Positions 30,465-41,467 of a DNA stretch of 64,000 nt are shown piece after piece (within the stretch, counting starts at the first letter, position 1; the number at the start of each line of letters is the position of its first letter). The notes under the pieces are model-generated. The model did no database searches. It was not told the DNA's origin and was given only the letters and a program-made list of their open reading frames with translations. Both the position numbers and the translations under genes were made by a program. This DNA comes from Synechococcus sp. Lineage in GTDB: Bacteria; Cyanobacteriota; Cyanobacteriia; PCC-6307; Cyanobiaceae. Location: the NCBI GenBank assembly GCA_047285805.1, contig JBJBCN010000002.1:736001-800000 (forward strand). The letters run 5' to 3'.

Positions 30465-31922
30465 ATGGCCCTGCCCGATCTCACGCGTCGCACCAAGATC
30501 GTGGCAACCATCGGTCCCGCGACCGAATCCCCAGAACAGCTCAGGCGTTTGATCAAGGCGGGTGCTTCCACGTTCCGCCTGAACTTCTCCCACGGTGACC
30601 ACAGCGAGCATGCAGCACGGATCACCACTATCCGCAAAGTTGCGGCAGAAATGGGGGTTCACATCGGAATCCTGCAGGACCTCCAGGGCCCCAAGATTCG
30701 CCTGGGCCGCTTCAAGGATGGTCCGATCACCGTCGCCCAAGGTGACCCCTTCACCCTGACTTCCAGGGACGTCGAGTGCTGCCAAACCATTGCCACCGTC
30801 ACCTACGACAAGTTGGCCGATGAGGTGGTCTCAGGGAGCCGAATCCTCCTGGATGACGGACGCGTCGAGATGGTCGTCGACCGAGTCGAGCAGTCCTCGC
30901 AAACCCTCCATTGCTCCGTCACGGTGGGGGGGGTTCTCTCCAACAACAAGGGCGTCAACTTCCCGGATGTGCAGCTTTCGGTTCGTGCCCTGACAGACAA
31001 GGACCGTGAGGACCTCGAATTTGGCCTAAGCCAAGGCGTCGATTGGGTGGCCCTGAGCTTCGTGCGCAATCCCTCCGACATGGAGGAGATCAAGGCCCTG
31101 ATTCGCTCCCACGGCCACGACACGCCTGTGGTTGCAAAGATCGAAAAATTTGAAGCCATCGACCAGATGGATGCGCTGCTGCCGATGTGCGACGGCGTCA
31201 TGGTTGCCCGCGGCGACCTCGGTGTGGAGATGCCCGCCGAAGAAGTTCCTCTTCTGCAAAAGGAACTGATCCGCAAGTGCAACACCCTGGGCATCCCAGT
31301 GATCACGGCCACCCAGATGCTCGACTCAATGGTGAGCTGCCCAAGGCCAACCCGCGCAGAAGTTAGCGATGTCGCTAACGCAATTCTAGATGGCACCGAC
31401 GCCGTGATGCTCTCCAACGAGAGTGCCGTGGGCGATTACCCGGTCGAGGCCGTCGCGACCATGAGCCAAATCGCCCGGCGGATTGAGCGGGACTACCCCA
31501 GCCGCAGTAGCGATGGTCAACTGGCCTCTACGGTGCCGAACGCCATCTCCCACGCGGTCAGTTCCATTGCCAGCCAGCTGGAGGCGGCCGCCATCCTGCC
31601 GCTGACCAAAAGCGGATCCACGGCTCGCAACGTCAGCAAGTTTCGCCCCAGCACACCGATTCTGGCCATCACCAGCGACACCAAAGTGGCCTCTCAGCTT
31701 CAACTGGTCTGGGGTGTCACCCCCCTGCTGGTCTCCGACATGGACAACGCGGCAGCAACCTTCAATCGCGCCATGGAAGTGGCGGCTGAGGCGAATCTGC
31801 TGAAGGAAGGGGATCTGGTGATTCAAACAGCCGGCACCTTTGCCGATGTCAGCGGCTCAACGGACCTGGTCAAGGTCAGCGTCGTGGGCAAGGGCACCGT
31901 GCTGAACCCGAGCATCGTTTAA
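30465..31922 (+). CDS. pyk: Pyruvate kinase
   Basis: RRTKIVATIGP, RLNFSHG, AKIEK, MVARGDLGVE, ATQML. Confidence 0.97.
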   Translation: MALPDLTRRTKIVATIGPATESPEQLRRLIKAGASTFRLNFSHGDHSEHAARITTIRKVAAEMGVHIGILQDLQGPKIRLGRFKDGPITVAQGDPFTLTSRDVECCQTIATVTYDKLADEVVSGSRILLDDGRVEMVVDRVEQSSQTLHCSVTVGGVLSNNKGVNFPDVQLSVRALTDKDREDLEFGLSQGVDWVALSFVRNPSDMEEIKALIRSHGHDTPVVAKIEKFEAIDQMDALLPMCDGVMVARGDLGVEMPAEEVPLLQKELIRKCNTLGIPVITATQMLDSMVSCPRPTRAEVSDVANAILDGTDAVMLSNESAVGDYPVEAVATMSQIARRIERDYPSRSSDGQLASTVPNAISHAVSSIASQLEAAAILPLTKSGSTARNVSKFRPSTPILAITSDTKVASQLQLVWGVTPLLVSDMDNAAATFNRAMEVAAEANLLKEGDLVIQTAGTFADVSGSTDLVKVSVVGKGTVLNPSIV

Positions 31923-31949
31923 AACAGGACAAAGCTGGCCATCCCGGCA

Positions 31950-33179
31950 ATGCCCGCCAAGCTGTCCATGCGCGAGACCGTCGGGATGGCCTTGGCCACC
32001 CTTAAGGCCAATCGCCTGCGCTCCATGTTGACGATGCTGGGCATCGTCATCGGCAATGCGTCCGTGATCACGCTGGTAGGTGTAGGGCGCGGTGCCCAAA
32101 ACCTCGCCGAAGGGCAGCTGAACACCCTGGGGGCCAACGTCCTCTTCGTGGTCCCGGGGAATAACGACAGCCGTCGCCGTGGGATCGACTTCCCGAAGAC
32201 ATTGGTTCTCGAGGACGCGGAGGCCATCTCAGAGCAGGTCCCCAGTGTTCGCCAGGTCGTCCCCCAGATCACGCTGAGCGCCGTTCTTCAGGCTGGCGCC
32301 AAAAGCGCGAGTGCCACCGTTTCCGGTATCAACCCTGCCTTTCTGACGGTCCGGCGTTTTGAAGTGGCCCGCGGTCGCTTCATCGACCAGCGGGACATGG
32401 AGGCGGCCCGCAATGTCGTCGTCATTGGCCCTGACCTCAAGCAGAAAATCCTGCCCTCAGGATCCGCCTTAGGGCAGCAAATCCGCATTCGCAACCAGGG
32501 CTTTGAAGTCATCGGTGTAATGGCACCCAAGGGAGCCGTCTTCGGACAGAACCAGGACAATGCCGCCTACATCCCGTTGACCACGATGGTCAGCAAGCTC
32601 TCCGGCCGAGATCCCACCTATGGGGTCAGCCTGAATTTCATTAGCGTGGAGGCCGTCGACGAGGCCAGCACCGGCGCTGCCAAATTCCAGATCACAAACC
32701 TGCTGCGCCAGCGGCATAAGATTCTTCGGGAGGACGATTTTGCAGTCCGCTCCCAAAAAGATGCTCTGTCCATCGTGGGGACAATTACCGGAGGCCTGAC
32801 CTTGATGCTGGCGGCCATTGGTGCGATCTCCCTGCTCGTCGGTGGCATCGGGATCATGAACATCATGTTGGTGTCGGTCAGTGAGCGGACCTCAGAAATC
32901 GGACTCCGCAAGGCGATTGGAGCCCGCAGTAGTGACGTCCTCAGTCAATTCCTCGTTGAAGCCCTGGTGCTCTCCACCCTCGGCGGATTGATTGGCAGTG
33001 GCTTGGGCCTATCCGCGATTGCGATCGTGGCGGCCGTCACGCCACTGCCCGCCGCGATTGGTGCCAGCAGCGTGCTCGTCACCATGGGCCTGTCGGGCAG
33101 CATCGGCCTGGTGTTTGGTGTCTTGCCGGCGCGCCGGGCTGCAAGGTTGGATCCGATCACGGCCCTGCGGAGCTTGTAG
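31950..33179 (+). CDS. ABC transporter permease (MacB/FtsX-like)
   Basis: RSMLTMLGIVIG, GGIGIMNIMLVSVSERTSEIGLRKAIGA. Confidence 0.92.
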   Translation: MPAKLSMRETVGMALATLKANRLRSMLTMLGIVIGNASVITLVGVGRGAQNLAEGQLNTLGANVLFVVPGNNDSRRRGIDFPKTLVLEDAEAISEQVPSVRQVVPQITLSAVLQAGAKSASATVSGINPAFLTVRRFEVARGRFIDQRDMEAARNVVVIGPDLKQKILPSGSALGQQIRIRNQGFEVIGVMAPKGAVFGQNQDNAAYIPLTTMVSKLSGRDPTYGVSLNFISVEAVDEASTGAAKFQITNLLRQRHKILREDDFAVRSQKDALSIVGTITGGLTLMLAAIGAISLLVGGIGIMNIMLVSVSERTSEIGLRKAIGARSSDVLSQFLVEALVLSTLGGLIGSGLGLSAIAIVAAVTPLPAAIGASSVLVTMGLSGSIGLVFGVLPARRAARLDPITALRSL

Positions 33180-33305
33180 GCGCAAGGAGTCCCGAGCAAT
33201 CCGAAGAGAATCGAAAGAAGGATGCCCAACATCTACGAAGGTCTCATCGACAACACATCTCATCCGAGAAAGAGGCGTGAATGTTGATTAGATTTCTTCT
33301 CCGCT

Positions 33306-33551
33306 TTGGATCAGCTCCAGTGTGGGTACCAAAACCGCAGTGATCGGATGGTGATCCTGCGCTGTATAGGACCCGATCAATTTTTCCTGGAGAGGGTGGT
33401 GTTTCCAGTTGAAATGCTCGGTTTTGAAGCACCGGCGGCCTCGGAAGTACAGATTTGGAGTCACTCCCTAGGCGGTCCCGAACTGATCGAGCGCTTCCAA
33501 GCGGAGCAACTCAGCACCTCGCTAGAGGTGGGATGGCCCCAATCCGCCTGA
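33306..33551 (+). CDS. DUF1830 family protein
   Basis: CGYQNRSDRMVILRC...FFLERVVFP...FEAP. Confidence 0.75.
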   Translation: MDQLQCGYQNRSDRMVILRCIGPDQFFLERVVFPVEMLGFEAPAASEVQIWSHSLGGPELIERFQAEQLSTSLEVGWPQSA

Positions 33552-33662
33552 AATCCAACCTCGGATGAGAGGAATAAAGCGGTGCAGTGCCTGAGATCCG
33601 CTCCGAACAGGCCTCGCTGGCTTTACACTTGTTAAACATTCAGATCTGCACCTGAAGCGGCC

Positions 33663-35600
33663 ATGAATCAACGCTGGCGCACGATTGTCTTGTGGGTCCT
33701 TCCCATTGGCGTCGCCGTCTTCCTCGGCTGGCAAGTGCTGGGAGGTGGCTTCGGTGGCGTAAGTCCCTCCTCCGGCACCACCGTTTCTCCCCGTAACACC
33801 GCTGTAGCTCGGATGAGCTATGGGCGGTTCATCGATTACGTCGATGCCGGCCGCGTGACCGCGGTTGACATTTTTGATGGCGGCCGGACGGCTGTTGTGG
33901 AAGCCGTTGATCCCGACCTGGACAACCGCGTTCAACGCCTGCGAGTTGATCTCCCTGGCCTGGCGCCGGAATTGGTCAACAACCTCAAGGAGCAGGGCAT
34001 CAGCTTTGACATCCACCCTCCTCGCACGGCGCCTCCGGCCCTCGGCCTGCTGGGAAATCTGCTCTTCCCGCTCCTGCTGATTGGCGGCCTGGTGCTCCTC
34101 TCCCGCCGTGGCGGCGGCGGTATGCCCGGCGGCCCTGGTCAAGCGATGCAGTTCGGTAAAACCAAGGCGCGCTTCCTGATGGAAGCCGAGACTGGAGTGA
34201 TGTTCGACGACGTCGCCGGCGTTGAAGAAGCCAAACAGGATTTACAAGAGGTCGTCACATTCCTGAAGACCCCCGAGCGCTTTACTTCGGTTGGCGCAAA
34301 AATTCCAAAGGGAGTGCTGCTGGTTGGCCCTCCTGGTACCGGTAAAACCCTTCTCGCCAAAGCGATCGCGGGTGAAGCGGGTGTTCCCTTCTTCTCCCTC
34401 TCTGGTTCGGAGTTCGTTGAGATGTTCGTCGGCGTCGGCGCCAGCCGTGTCCGCGACCTCTTCAAGCGAGCTAAGGAAAACAGCCCCTGCCTGATCTTCA
34501 TTGATGAAATCGACGCCGTCGGCCGTCAGCGCGGTGCCGGCGTCGGTGGCGGAAATGACGAGCGTGAGCAGACCCTCAACCAGCTGCTCACTGAAATGGA
34601 CGGCTTTGAGGGCAATAGCGGCATCATCATCATCGCGGCCACGAACAGAGCCGATGTGCTCGATTCAGCTCTGCTGCGTCCTGGTCGCTTCGACCGCCAG
34701 GTGCAGGTCGATGTGCCCGACATCAAGGGGCGTCTGGCCGTGCTCAAGGTGCACTGCCGTGACAAAAAACTCGCTGACGACGTCAGCCTCGAAGGCATTG
34801 CCCGCCGCACCCCTGGTTTCTCAGGAGCTGACCTAGCGAACCTCCTCAACGAAGCGGCCATCCTCACTGCTCGTCGCCGTAAGGAGGCCACCAGCCTGGC
34901 CGAAATCGATGACGCGGTTGATCGCATCATCGCGGGTATGGAGGGCAAACCCCTCACCGACGGCCGAAGCAAGCGGCTGATTGCATATCACGAAGTCGGC
35001 CATGCCCTGGTGGGCACACTTGTCACAGCCCACGACCCCGTCCAGAAAGTAACTCTGATTCCTCGTGGACAAGCCCAGGGCCTTACCTGGTTCTCCCCAG
35101 ACGAGGAACAGATGCTTGTTAGCCGGGCCCAGCTGCGCGCACGGATCATGGGTGCCCTGGGTGGACGTGCCGCTGAGGATGTGGTCTTCGGTTACTCCGA
35201 AGTCACCACCGGTGCCGGAGGTGACATCCAACAGGTTGCCTCCATCGCCCGTCAGATGGTCACCCGCTTCGGCATGAGTGACCTGGGCCAATGTTCCCTC
35301 GAAGCCGGCAACCAAGAGGTCTTTCTGGGCCGCGACCTGATGACCCGCAGCGATGGTTCTGATGCCACCGCAGCCCGTGTCGATGCAGCCGTGCGCAACA
35401 TCGTTCAGAGCTGCTACGAAGACACCGTCAAACTCGTTTCCGAGCACCGGGCCTGCATGGACCGTGTCGTCGAACTCCTGATCGAAAAGGAGAGCCTCGA
35501 CGGCGATGAGTTCCGCGCCATAGTCAATGAATTCACGACGGTCCCGGATAAGGAGCGTTTCTCGCCTCTGCTGAGCACCTCGGAAACTGCCTCAGCCTGA
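33663..35600 (+). CDS. ftsH: ATP-dependent zinc metalloprotease FtsH (FtsH2-like)
   Basis: Two TM helices, [19 protein letters not shown] zinc motif. Confidence 0.97.
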   Translation: MNQRWRTIVLWVLPIGVAVFLGWQVLGGGFGGVSPSSGTTVSPRNTAVARMSYGRFIDYVDAGRVTAVDIFDGGRTAVVEAVDPDLDNRVQRLRVDLPGLAPELVNNLKEQGISFDIHPPRTAPPALGLLGNLLFPLLLIGGLVLLSRRGGGGMPGGPGQAMQFGKTKARFLMEAETGVMFDDVAGVEEAKQDLQEVVTFLKTPERFTSVGAKIPKGVLLVGPPGTGKTLLAKAIAGEAGVPFFSLSGSEFVEMFVGVGASRVRDLFKRAKENSPCLIFIDEIDAVGRQRGAGVGGGNDEREQTLNQLLTEMDGFEGNSGIIIIAATNRADVLDSALLRPGRFDRQVQVDVPDIKGRLAVLKVHCRDKKLADDVSLEGIARRTPGFSGADLANLLNEAAILTARRRKEATSLAEIDDAVDRIIAGMEGKPLTDGRSKRLIAYHEVGHALVGTLVTAHDPVQKVTLIPRGQAQGLTWFSPDEEQMLVSRAQLRARIMGALGGRAAEDVVFGYSEVTTGAGGDIQQVASIARQMVTRFGMSDLGQCSLEAGNQEVFLGRDLMTRSDGSDATAARVDAAVRNIVQSCYEDTVKLVSEHRACMDRVVELLIEKESLDGDEFRAIVNEFTTVPDKERFSPLLSTSETASA

Positions 35601-35613
35601 CGCTTAGCTAGAA

Positions 35614-35644
35614 CAAAACCCGCGGTTAATCCGCGGGCTTTTTG
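35614..35644. terminator. Bidirectional terminator after ftsH
   Basis: AAAA-CCCGCGG-TTAAT-CCGCGGG-CTTTTT. Confidence 0.8.
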
Positions 35645-35826
35645 CTGTCTGCGCCTTGGTTACGGCAACGGTCGGAGCAATAGATCACCTGCTCCCAAAC
35701 CGTCGCCCACTTCTTGCGCCAGTGAAAAGGACGCTGGCAGACAGGGCAGACCTTGCTGGGACGTGCACTCGGTGGACGACCTCTGCCACCCACCGCTCCG
35801 CTGCGTTGACCGCGACCGCGGGTCAT
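35626..35826 (-). CDS. DUF2256 family protein
   Basis: [16 protein letters not shown]...YCSDRCR. Confidence 0.85.
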   Translation of the reverse strand: MTRGRGQRSGAVGGRGRPPSARPSKVCPVCQRPFHWRKKWATVWEQVIYCSDRCRNQGADSKKPAD

Positions 35827-35841
35827 AGAGCGGACAACAGA

Positions 35842-36432
35842 TCAGACGGGGCGTACGGGGCGCTTGTCGATCACCTTGTCGATCAGTCCGTACTCGAGCG
35901 CTTCAGCAGGGGACATGAAGAAGTCGCGGTCCGTGTCGTCCTCGATCCGGCTCAGAGGTTGGTCTGTGCGCTCAGAGAGCTCCTGGTTGAGCTTCTTCTT
36001 GAGGTAAAGGATTTCATCGGCCTGGATCCGGATGTCGCTGGCCTGACCCTGGGCACCGCCCAACGGCTGGTGGATCATGATCCGAGAGTGGGTCAGGCTG
36101 CTGCGCTTCCCTTTGGCCCCGGCACAGAGCAAAAAGGCACCCATCGAGGCTGCGAGACCAACGCAGACGGTCTGCACGTCCGGCTTGATGTGCTGCATCG
36201 TGTCGAAGATGCCCAGGCCGTCGTAGACGGAACCGCCTGGAGAGTTGATGTAGAGGAAAATGTCCTTCTCGGGATCTTCAGCTTCCAGGAAGAGCAGCTG
36301 GGCAACGATCCGATTGGCGGACTCAGCGGTCACCGGCTCACCCAGAAAGACGATGCGCTCGCGAAGAAGACGCGAATAGATATCGAACGCCCGCTCACCA
36401 CGGCCCGACTCTTCGATCACGATCGGGATCAT
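35842..36432 (-). CDS. clpP: ATP-dependent Clp protease proteolytic subunit
   Basis: [32 protein letters not shown]. Confidence 0.97.
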   Translation of the reverse strand: MIPIVIEESGRGERAFDIYSRLLRERIVFLGEPVTAESANRIVAQLLFLEAEDPEKDIFLYINSPGGSVYDGLGIFDTMQHIKPDVQTVCVGLAASMGAFLLCAGAKGKRSSLTHSRIMIHQPLGGAQGQASDIRIQADEILYLKKKLNQELSERTDQPLSRIEDDTDRDFFMSPAEALEYGLIDKVIDKRPVRPV

Positions 36433-36504
36433 GGTCACTTGGAGCTTCTGCAGTTGGGCGGATCCTACTGAGCTTCAGCCTTATTCAGCGTTCTCAGCGA
36501 GCTA

Positions 36505-37215
36505 GTGTCGCGGGAAATTGATGGATGTTTGAGCGTGAGTGCGAGCCTCACCGTTGCTGATAGCAAGCGGGCCTTTCACCAGGCATTTCCCTATGTGATC
36601 GCTCCGCTCTACCGCCGCCTGGTGGATGAGCTGTTAGTGGAGCTGCACTTGCTAAGCCACCAGACGGGCTTCCATGCCGATCAACTGTTCGCGGTTGGTC
36701 TCACCCAAGTGTTCGACAGCTTCTCGAGCGGCTACAAACCGGCCAATCAGCGCGAACAGCTCTTCATGGCCCTCTGTAGCGCCAATGGTTTTGACGGTGC
36801 CGCCTTCCGCCAGATGGCGGCCGACGCGGCCATCCAAGTGGGTCACCACAGCCTCGATGAGGTCAAAGGCTGGTTGAGCAACCGCGGAGAGGGTGCCCCT
36901 TCACCTATAGCCCGCCTGCTCCACGGAGTCCAGCGCGACAACTTCCACTACTCACGCTTGGTGGCCGTCGGGCTGCTCAGCCTCCTGCAACGCGCCCAGG
37001 GTGCTGATGCCGTCGATCCCGAGGCACTGCGAAGTGCCGCCCACGAAATCGGCGAGGCGATGGGCCTGATCAAGTCTCGGGTCGACAAGGACCTCAGCGT
37101 CTACGCCGGAAACATCGAAAAGATGACTCAGGCCGTGGAACTCATGGAGGAAACCGTGGCCGCCGAGCGTCGGCGCCGCGAGCGGGGTGCCGCCGAGCAG
37201 GACGCCGAGGGCTAA
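36505..37215 (+). CDS. psb29: Photosystem II biogenesis protein Psb29/THF1
   Basis: TVADSKRAF, VDELLVELHLL, FHYSRL, VDKDL; start may be about 36535. Confidence 0.92.
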   Translation: MSREIDGCLSVSASLTVADSKRAFHQAFPYVIAPLYRRLVDELLVELHLLSHQTGFHADQLFAVGLTQVFDSFSSGYKPANQREQLFMALCSANGFDGAAFRQMAADAAIQVGHHSLDEVKGWLSNRGEGAPSPIARLLHGVQRDNFHYSRLVAVGLLSLLQRAQGADAVDPEALRSAAHEIGEAMGLIKSRVDKDLSVYAGNIEKMTQAVELMEETVAAERRRRERGAAEQDAEG

Positions 37216-38444
37216 AGCGTCAGCTCACCGCTCAGGGCGGTCTGGCCTCCAAGGCTGGGAACCCCACGCAGCACAAGCTCCCGGGCACGGCGAACGACCC
37301 CAGGCATGAGCGGCGGGAGCAGGCCATTTGCCTGCAGCTGCTTCGGTAGGAGGCGCAAAGTCCACAGCACCTCTTGCTCGAGGGGAGCGGGCTTGAGTGG
37401 TCCTGGGGCGGGACCCAGGAAGAGCAGAAGTTGGTCCTTGGATAACCAGCGCCAGCCGCCCTGGACGACGCCATCGCGACTCCAAAGCCATTGCTGCTCC
37501 GTCCCTCTGGAGACGGACAAGCCTTGATCGATGAGGGGTTGCTTGAGGGCCTTCAGGCGTGGTATCCAAAAGGCCTTGCCATCCCGCAGACGCAGCTGCA
37601 ACTGCAATCCCGCCAAGAAGACCCCCTGGTTCACAGCGGTTAGGCGCAGCACAAACGGGCTCTGGGAGAGTCGCTTGAGGGGGTCAGACCTGATCCCGTA
37701 GCGATCGGCCAGGGCCGGCTTCAAGGCTGCGCTGATGAGCAGCCCGCGAAGCAAGAGCTCGAGTTGGGGGCCCTGCAGTTCCAGCAACGCCGGGGCGACC
37801 AGGGGTTCGGAGTTGGGAGCTCGGGCGGAGCGCGGAGCGGCGGCAAGACTGCCGCGGGCCGAATCGGCCTCACCGCTCCAAAGAAGCCGTGATCCCTCAC
37901 TATCCAGAGTTAAGCAACCCTGCTGCAACCTGCTGGCCAGGGGGGCCAAGGGGCCGAGCAACGACGAGAGACCGGCGGGACTCCAGTAGACCGCGTCACC
38001 CCCTTGAAGATGCAACGCGCAACGCCGCTCGAGACCTCGCAGGGAGGGGCGCTCGACGTGCAATTGCTGCTCGAGCTGCTGACGCACGAGAGGATTAGGG
38101 GCCACCAGGGTGAGATGGTCCACGCGGAACGCGTTGGCCGGAAGCGGAGCCGAGGCCGGCGTCTCCAAGACCAGAACCGCACCTGCTGAAGCATGGGAGC
38201 CCCAAAGTTGCCACCAGAGTTGCTGGCGACCCGACCAGAGCGGGACCGCTTGCGGGCCAAGACGCTCCCTCCAGATGGACGGAAGGGGAGCCGCTGGGCG
38301 CGAACGGTGGGTCTGGAGCAAGGCCGACTCCAGCAGGAGGCGGTCCAGGCCGTGGGCGGAGCCGCGAGGAAAGAGCCAGAGCGCCAGGGCCGGCAAGGCC
38401 ACCAGGAGGACGACCAGTCCAGCGCTGATGCGCAGTCCGCGCAT
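37212..38444 (-). CDS. Hypothetical membrane-anchored protein
   Basis: 410 aa with N-terminal TM helix; coupled to upstream radical SAM gene. Confidence 0.7.
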   Translation of the reverse strand: MRGLRISAGLVVLLVALPALALWLFPRGSAHGLDRLLLESALLQTHRSRPAAPLPSIWRERLGPQAVPLWSGRQQLWWQLWGSHASAGAVLVLETPASAPLPANAFRVDHLTLVAPNPLVRQQLEQQLHVERPSLRGLERRCALHLQGGDAVYWSPAGLSSLLGPLAPLASRLQQGCLTLDSEGSRLLWSGEADSARGSLAAAPRSARAPNSEPLVAPALLELQGPQLELLLRGLLISAALKPALADRYGIRSDPLKRLSQSPFVLRLTAVNQGVFLAGLQLQLRLRDGKAFWIPRLKALKQPLIDQGLSVSRGTEQQWLWSRDGVVQGGWRWLSKDQLLLFLGPAPGPLKPAPLEQEVLWTLRLLPKQLQANGLLPPLMPGVVRRARELVLRGVPSLGGQTALSGELTL

Positions 38445-39676
38445 CAGGCCACAGCTCCATAGAGGGTGGTGCGTTCACGCACCGGCCGGCCCATGGTCAG
38501 GGCTGCCGATCGCAGAGCCTGCACCGATTGAGACGTGCCCCCCTGGGCGCCGGCCATGCTCGTGATGCTCTCCTCCATCAGGGTGCCGCCCAAGTCATTG
38601 CAGCCCCAACGCAGGGCCTCGCTGGCGCCGGCCAGGGTGAGCTTGACCCAACTGGGCTGGTGATTCGGGAACCACTCCCCCAGGAGCAATCGAGCCTGGG
38701 CCGTCAAGCGCAACATCGCCTCTCTATCCGGTTGGTCCCGTCCCAAGCGATGACGCAGGGCCGCGGGTGCTTGCTTCCCAACAAAAGGAAGCAGGACAAA
38801 CTCAGAAAAGCCAACCTGAGCCGAGCGCTGGGCCTCTTGCTGGAGGGCCACCAGGGTGAGGAGGTGCACAGCTCGATGCCGACTGGACTCGATGTGACCG
38901 GCCATCAGGGTGGCGGTGCTGGGGAGGCCCGAGCGATGGGCCTGAAGAATCACCGCGCACCACTGACGGGCCGTGATCTTCTCGGGGCAGAGCTGACGGC
39001 GCACGTCCTCACAAAGCACTTCAGCCGCCGTGCCTGGGATCGAGGCCAAACCCGCCTGCTGCAGACCCTCAAGTACCCGCTGCAGCGGGATCGCGTCCTG
39101 CTCAGCGATGAAGAGCAGCTCCTGGGGTGAAAACGCATGGAGGTGCAGGCCAGGAGCAGCCTCCGTCAGGGCCACGAGAAGTTCGGCGTAGTAAGCGAGG
39201 GCCGAGCCCTGGCTGCGCGCTTCGGGATTGAGTCCCCCTTGGATGCAGAGCTCGGTCGCCCCGAGGGCGGCGGCTTCTGCGGCTTTGTTCTGCAGCATCT
39301 CAAAGCCATGCCAATAGGCACCCGCCGCACCGGCATCACGGCGGAACGCACAAAAACTGCAGTGCTGAACGCAGTGGTTCGTGAAATTTAGATTGCGGTT
39401 CACCACATAGCTGACCGTCTCGCCAGCGAGCACCTGGCGCAGGGCATCGGCCTGCGCTTGGAGGATGGAGCCGTCAGTGCACGCCAGTAGGAACTCCGCG
39501 GCCTGAATGGAGTCGAGACTGCCGGGGTTCGAGAGAATGGCAGCCTGGAGATGCTGCTGTCGTTCAGGTGTCCAGGCCGGTGAAATCAGCGAGCGGGAAC
39601 AGTCCGGAACTGATACCAACAACTCCGCAGATCGATTCCAGACCCAAGGTTCAAAAACTCCCGGCTCGTGCGTCAC
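38444..39676 (-). CDS. cofH: CofH family radical SAM protein (FO synthase subunit)
   Basis: NRNLNFTNHCVQHCSFC (CxxxCxxC), PGTAAE, QPSWVK, NDLGGTLMEESI. Confidence 0.88.
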   Translation of the reverse strand: MTHEPGVFEPWVWNRSAELLVSVPDCSRSLISPAWTPERQQHLQAAILSNPGSLDSIQAAEFLLACTDGSILQAQADALRQVLAGETVSYVVNRNLNFTNHCVQHCSFCAFRRDAGAAGAYWHGFEMLQNKAAEAAALGATELCIQGGLNPEARSQGSALAYYAELLVALTEAAPGLHLHAFSPQELLFIAEQDAIPLQRVLEGLQQAGLASIPGTAAEVLCEDVRRQLCPEKITARQWCAVILQAHRSGLPSTATLMAGHIESSRHRAVHLLTLVALQQEAQRSAQVGFSEFVLLPFVGKQAPAALRHRLGRDQPDREAMLRLTAQARLLLGEWFPNHQPSWVKLTLAGASEALRWGCNDLGGTLMEESITSMAGAQGGTSQSVQALRSAALTMGRPVRERTTLYGAVA

Positions 39677-39831
39677 TTACGGGCGCGAGCAGAGGGTTGA
39701 ACAGGTTGCTGGCGTCGTCTTCGGTCGCGCCAATCAATGATAGAGAGATACAAGACTCCACCGCTGACAAAAACCAACAGTGCTGCGGAGGTCACCGCCA
39801 GCACACTGTTGAGGTTGATCGACTCAATCAC
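39673..39831 (-). CDS. Small single-TM protein (52 aa) downstream of petN
   Basis: Read by hand: MIESINLNSVLAVTSAALLVFVSGGVLYLSIIDWRDRRRRQQPVQPSARARK; GTGA overlap with cofH start. Confidence 0.75.
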   Translation of the reverse strand: MIESINLNSVLAVTSAALLVFVSGGVLYLSIIDWRDRRRRQQPVQPSARARK

Positions 39832-39855
39832 GGTTGAGCAAACCGAAGCTCAAGC

Positions 39856-39957
39856 TCAAAAGTTGAGGGTGCCGTCGCCATTACGACCCCACACCACCAT
39901 GGCGATAGAAAAAGTGAAAGTGGCAGCAAGGGCGGCCCAGCCCAAGGTGATCAGCAT
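39856..39957 (-). CDS. petN: Cytochrome b6f complex subunit VIII
   Basis: Read by hand: [33 protein letters not shown]; not in ORF track. Confidence 0.95.
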   Translation of the reverse strand: MLITLGWAALAATFTFSIAMVVWGRNGDGTLNF

Positions 39958-39996
39958 CGTTGTGCGGCAAGCGGTCCGGTCATTTTAAACAGGGCC

Positions 39997-40347
39997 ATGG
40001 CCCAAACTGAGCAGAGACCTGCTGGCTGTTTCGAGATGCAACCCATTAGCTCCATCAGCTCCTCTCCCGGCGGCCAGGCCGTCATGGAGCGACAACAGGT
40101 CCGAGCGCCCTATCCAAAAGGGCGAGTGATCGTGCTGAACGACGACCACAACACCTTTCAGCACGTCGTGGAGGTCCTGGTGAGACACATCCCCGGCATG
40201 GTCTCCGACCGCGCCTGGGAGTTGGCCCATCAGATCGATTCCCAGGGCTCAGCCGTCGTCTGGAGTGGGCCGCTGGAGCAGGCCGAGCTCTATCACCAGC
40301 TCCTTGCCGCAGAGGGCTTGACAATGGCGCCCGTCGAGCGGGGCTGA
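39997..40347 (+). CDS. clpS: ATP-dependent Clp protease adaptor
   Basis: VIVLNDDHNTFQHVV, VVWSGPLEQAELY; start may be 40036 or 40084. Confidence 0.92.
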   Translation: MAQTEQRPAGCFEMQPISSISSSPGGQAVMERQQVRAPYPKGRVIVLNDDHNTFQHVVEVLVRHIPGMVSDRAWELAHQIDSQGSAVVWSGPLEQAELYHQLLAAEGLTMAPVERG

Positions 40348-40356
40348 GGCAGGACC

Positions 40357-40581
40357 TCAGGCGAAGCGCCGCTGCAGCAGTTCAAACATCGGCAGGGTGC
40401 GCAGGCGCTCCTGCTCGGCGTCGAGGACAAAGGTCAAGATCCGACCGGAGCAGACCGCCACACCCTTCACACTCTGGTCGGCACTGCACTCAACACTCAC
40501 CAACTGGGCGGCGCCACCGAGCTCGTCACTGAGCCGTTGACGCAACTGCTCGCGCAGCTCAGGAGCCTGCTGGCCTGCCAT
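40357..40581 (-). CDS. Hypothetical protein
   Basis: 74 aa ORF with host-like codons. Confidence 0.6.
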   Translation of the reverse strand: MAGQQAPELREQLRQRLSDELGGAAQLVSVECSADQSVKGVAVCSGRILTFVLDAEQERLRTLPMFELLQRRFA

Positions 40582-40659
40582 GCGGCAAAACGAGGGGACA
40601 GCATCTTTAGCAGCGGCAGAAGAATCCGGCTACGGACTCGCGTTTCTATGGTGTGCTCC

Positions 40660-40938
40660 ATGGGACGGCTGGTAATCACCCACAGCACCTATCTCGAGGG
40701 CCTGATTCCCTGCCTGAAGAAGTTGTCGCGGGTGCCCGAGATAGACACGATCACGCCGGCGGTGATTTGCCGGGTCAAGGGACGGGCCCCGGAGTTGCGT
40801 CTGAAAGTATCGATTCCGATTCGCGGAGGATGGAAGCTGGTTGCTCGCCGAGGGAGCAGTGCACAAGAGGTGTTTGTCGTGACCGGATTGAGCGCAGTCC
40901 AACTGGAAGAGCGGATCCAGAGGGTCCTCACGGGCTGA
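40660..40938 (+). CDS. DUF2103 family protein
   Basis: MGRLVITHSTYLEGLIP, ITPAVI, ARRGSSAQEVFV. Confidence 0.88.
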   Translation: MGRLVITHSTYLEGLIPCLKKLSRVPEIDTITPAVICRVKGRAPELRLKVSIPIRGGWKLVARRGSSAQEVFVVTGLSAVQLEERIQRVLTG

Positions 40939-41314
40939 CCTAAGCCTAAAGCTCAAGCCCTCAGTGGGGCCTAACTTGGGTCCAGCCACGCTTCATAAGA
41001 GTCCGCCGAAGCTCAATTGCCTGATTTCGGTGGAGGTGATCAAGGGATTGGAGCAAAGGGAGCTGCTCTGGAAGAGGTCGCCCTGAATCGACGAAGACCA
41101 TCGGGTCTTGCTCCCAATTTTTTTAGTCGCGGTGGAAGCGCTTGGTCGCGCGCGCGACGGCATCTTGGTGCCAACAGTGTCCTGGCATGAAGGCGATGGA
41201 GAGGACGCAGCCGGCCAGACCCAGTCGGAAGCCCGAAAGGTGGCGTAAGGGGAAGCAACAGGAGCCATCAACCCGAGGCAAGTACATCTGTACTAGCCTC
41301 GATTCGTGGCCCTG

Positions 41315-41467
41315 TCAATCGGACCGATCCCTCAGCGCGGCCATGACTTGACTGCGCACGCGATTCATCTGAGTGCGCTCGGTCTCGTAGCGGGTCGTTC
41401 GCGTGACCCCGTAAAACAGCACCATCCAGGTGGCACTAAGTCCAAGCACGATTAGCGCCACGGACAT
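41315..41467 (-). CDS. Small single-TM protein
   Basis: MSVALIVLGLSATWMVLFYGV...; GGGGAG RBS-like sequence upstream. Confidence 0.5.
   Translation of the reverse strand: MSVALIVLGLSATWMVLFYGVTRTTRYETERTQMNRVRSQVMAALRDRSD

Noticed and set aside
30405..30785. Long N-terminal extension on the MazG-like ORF
   Set aside because: Antisense to pyk; the MazG-like domain starts at ATG 30404.
33621..33640. HLR1 (RpaB) site upstream of ftsH
   Set aside because: TTACA and TTAAA are 9 nt apart rather than the 10 nt period of the consensus; plausible but unsupported.
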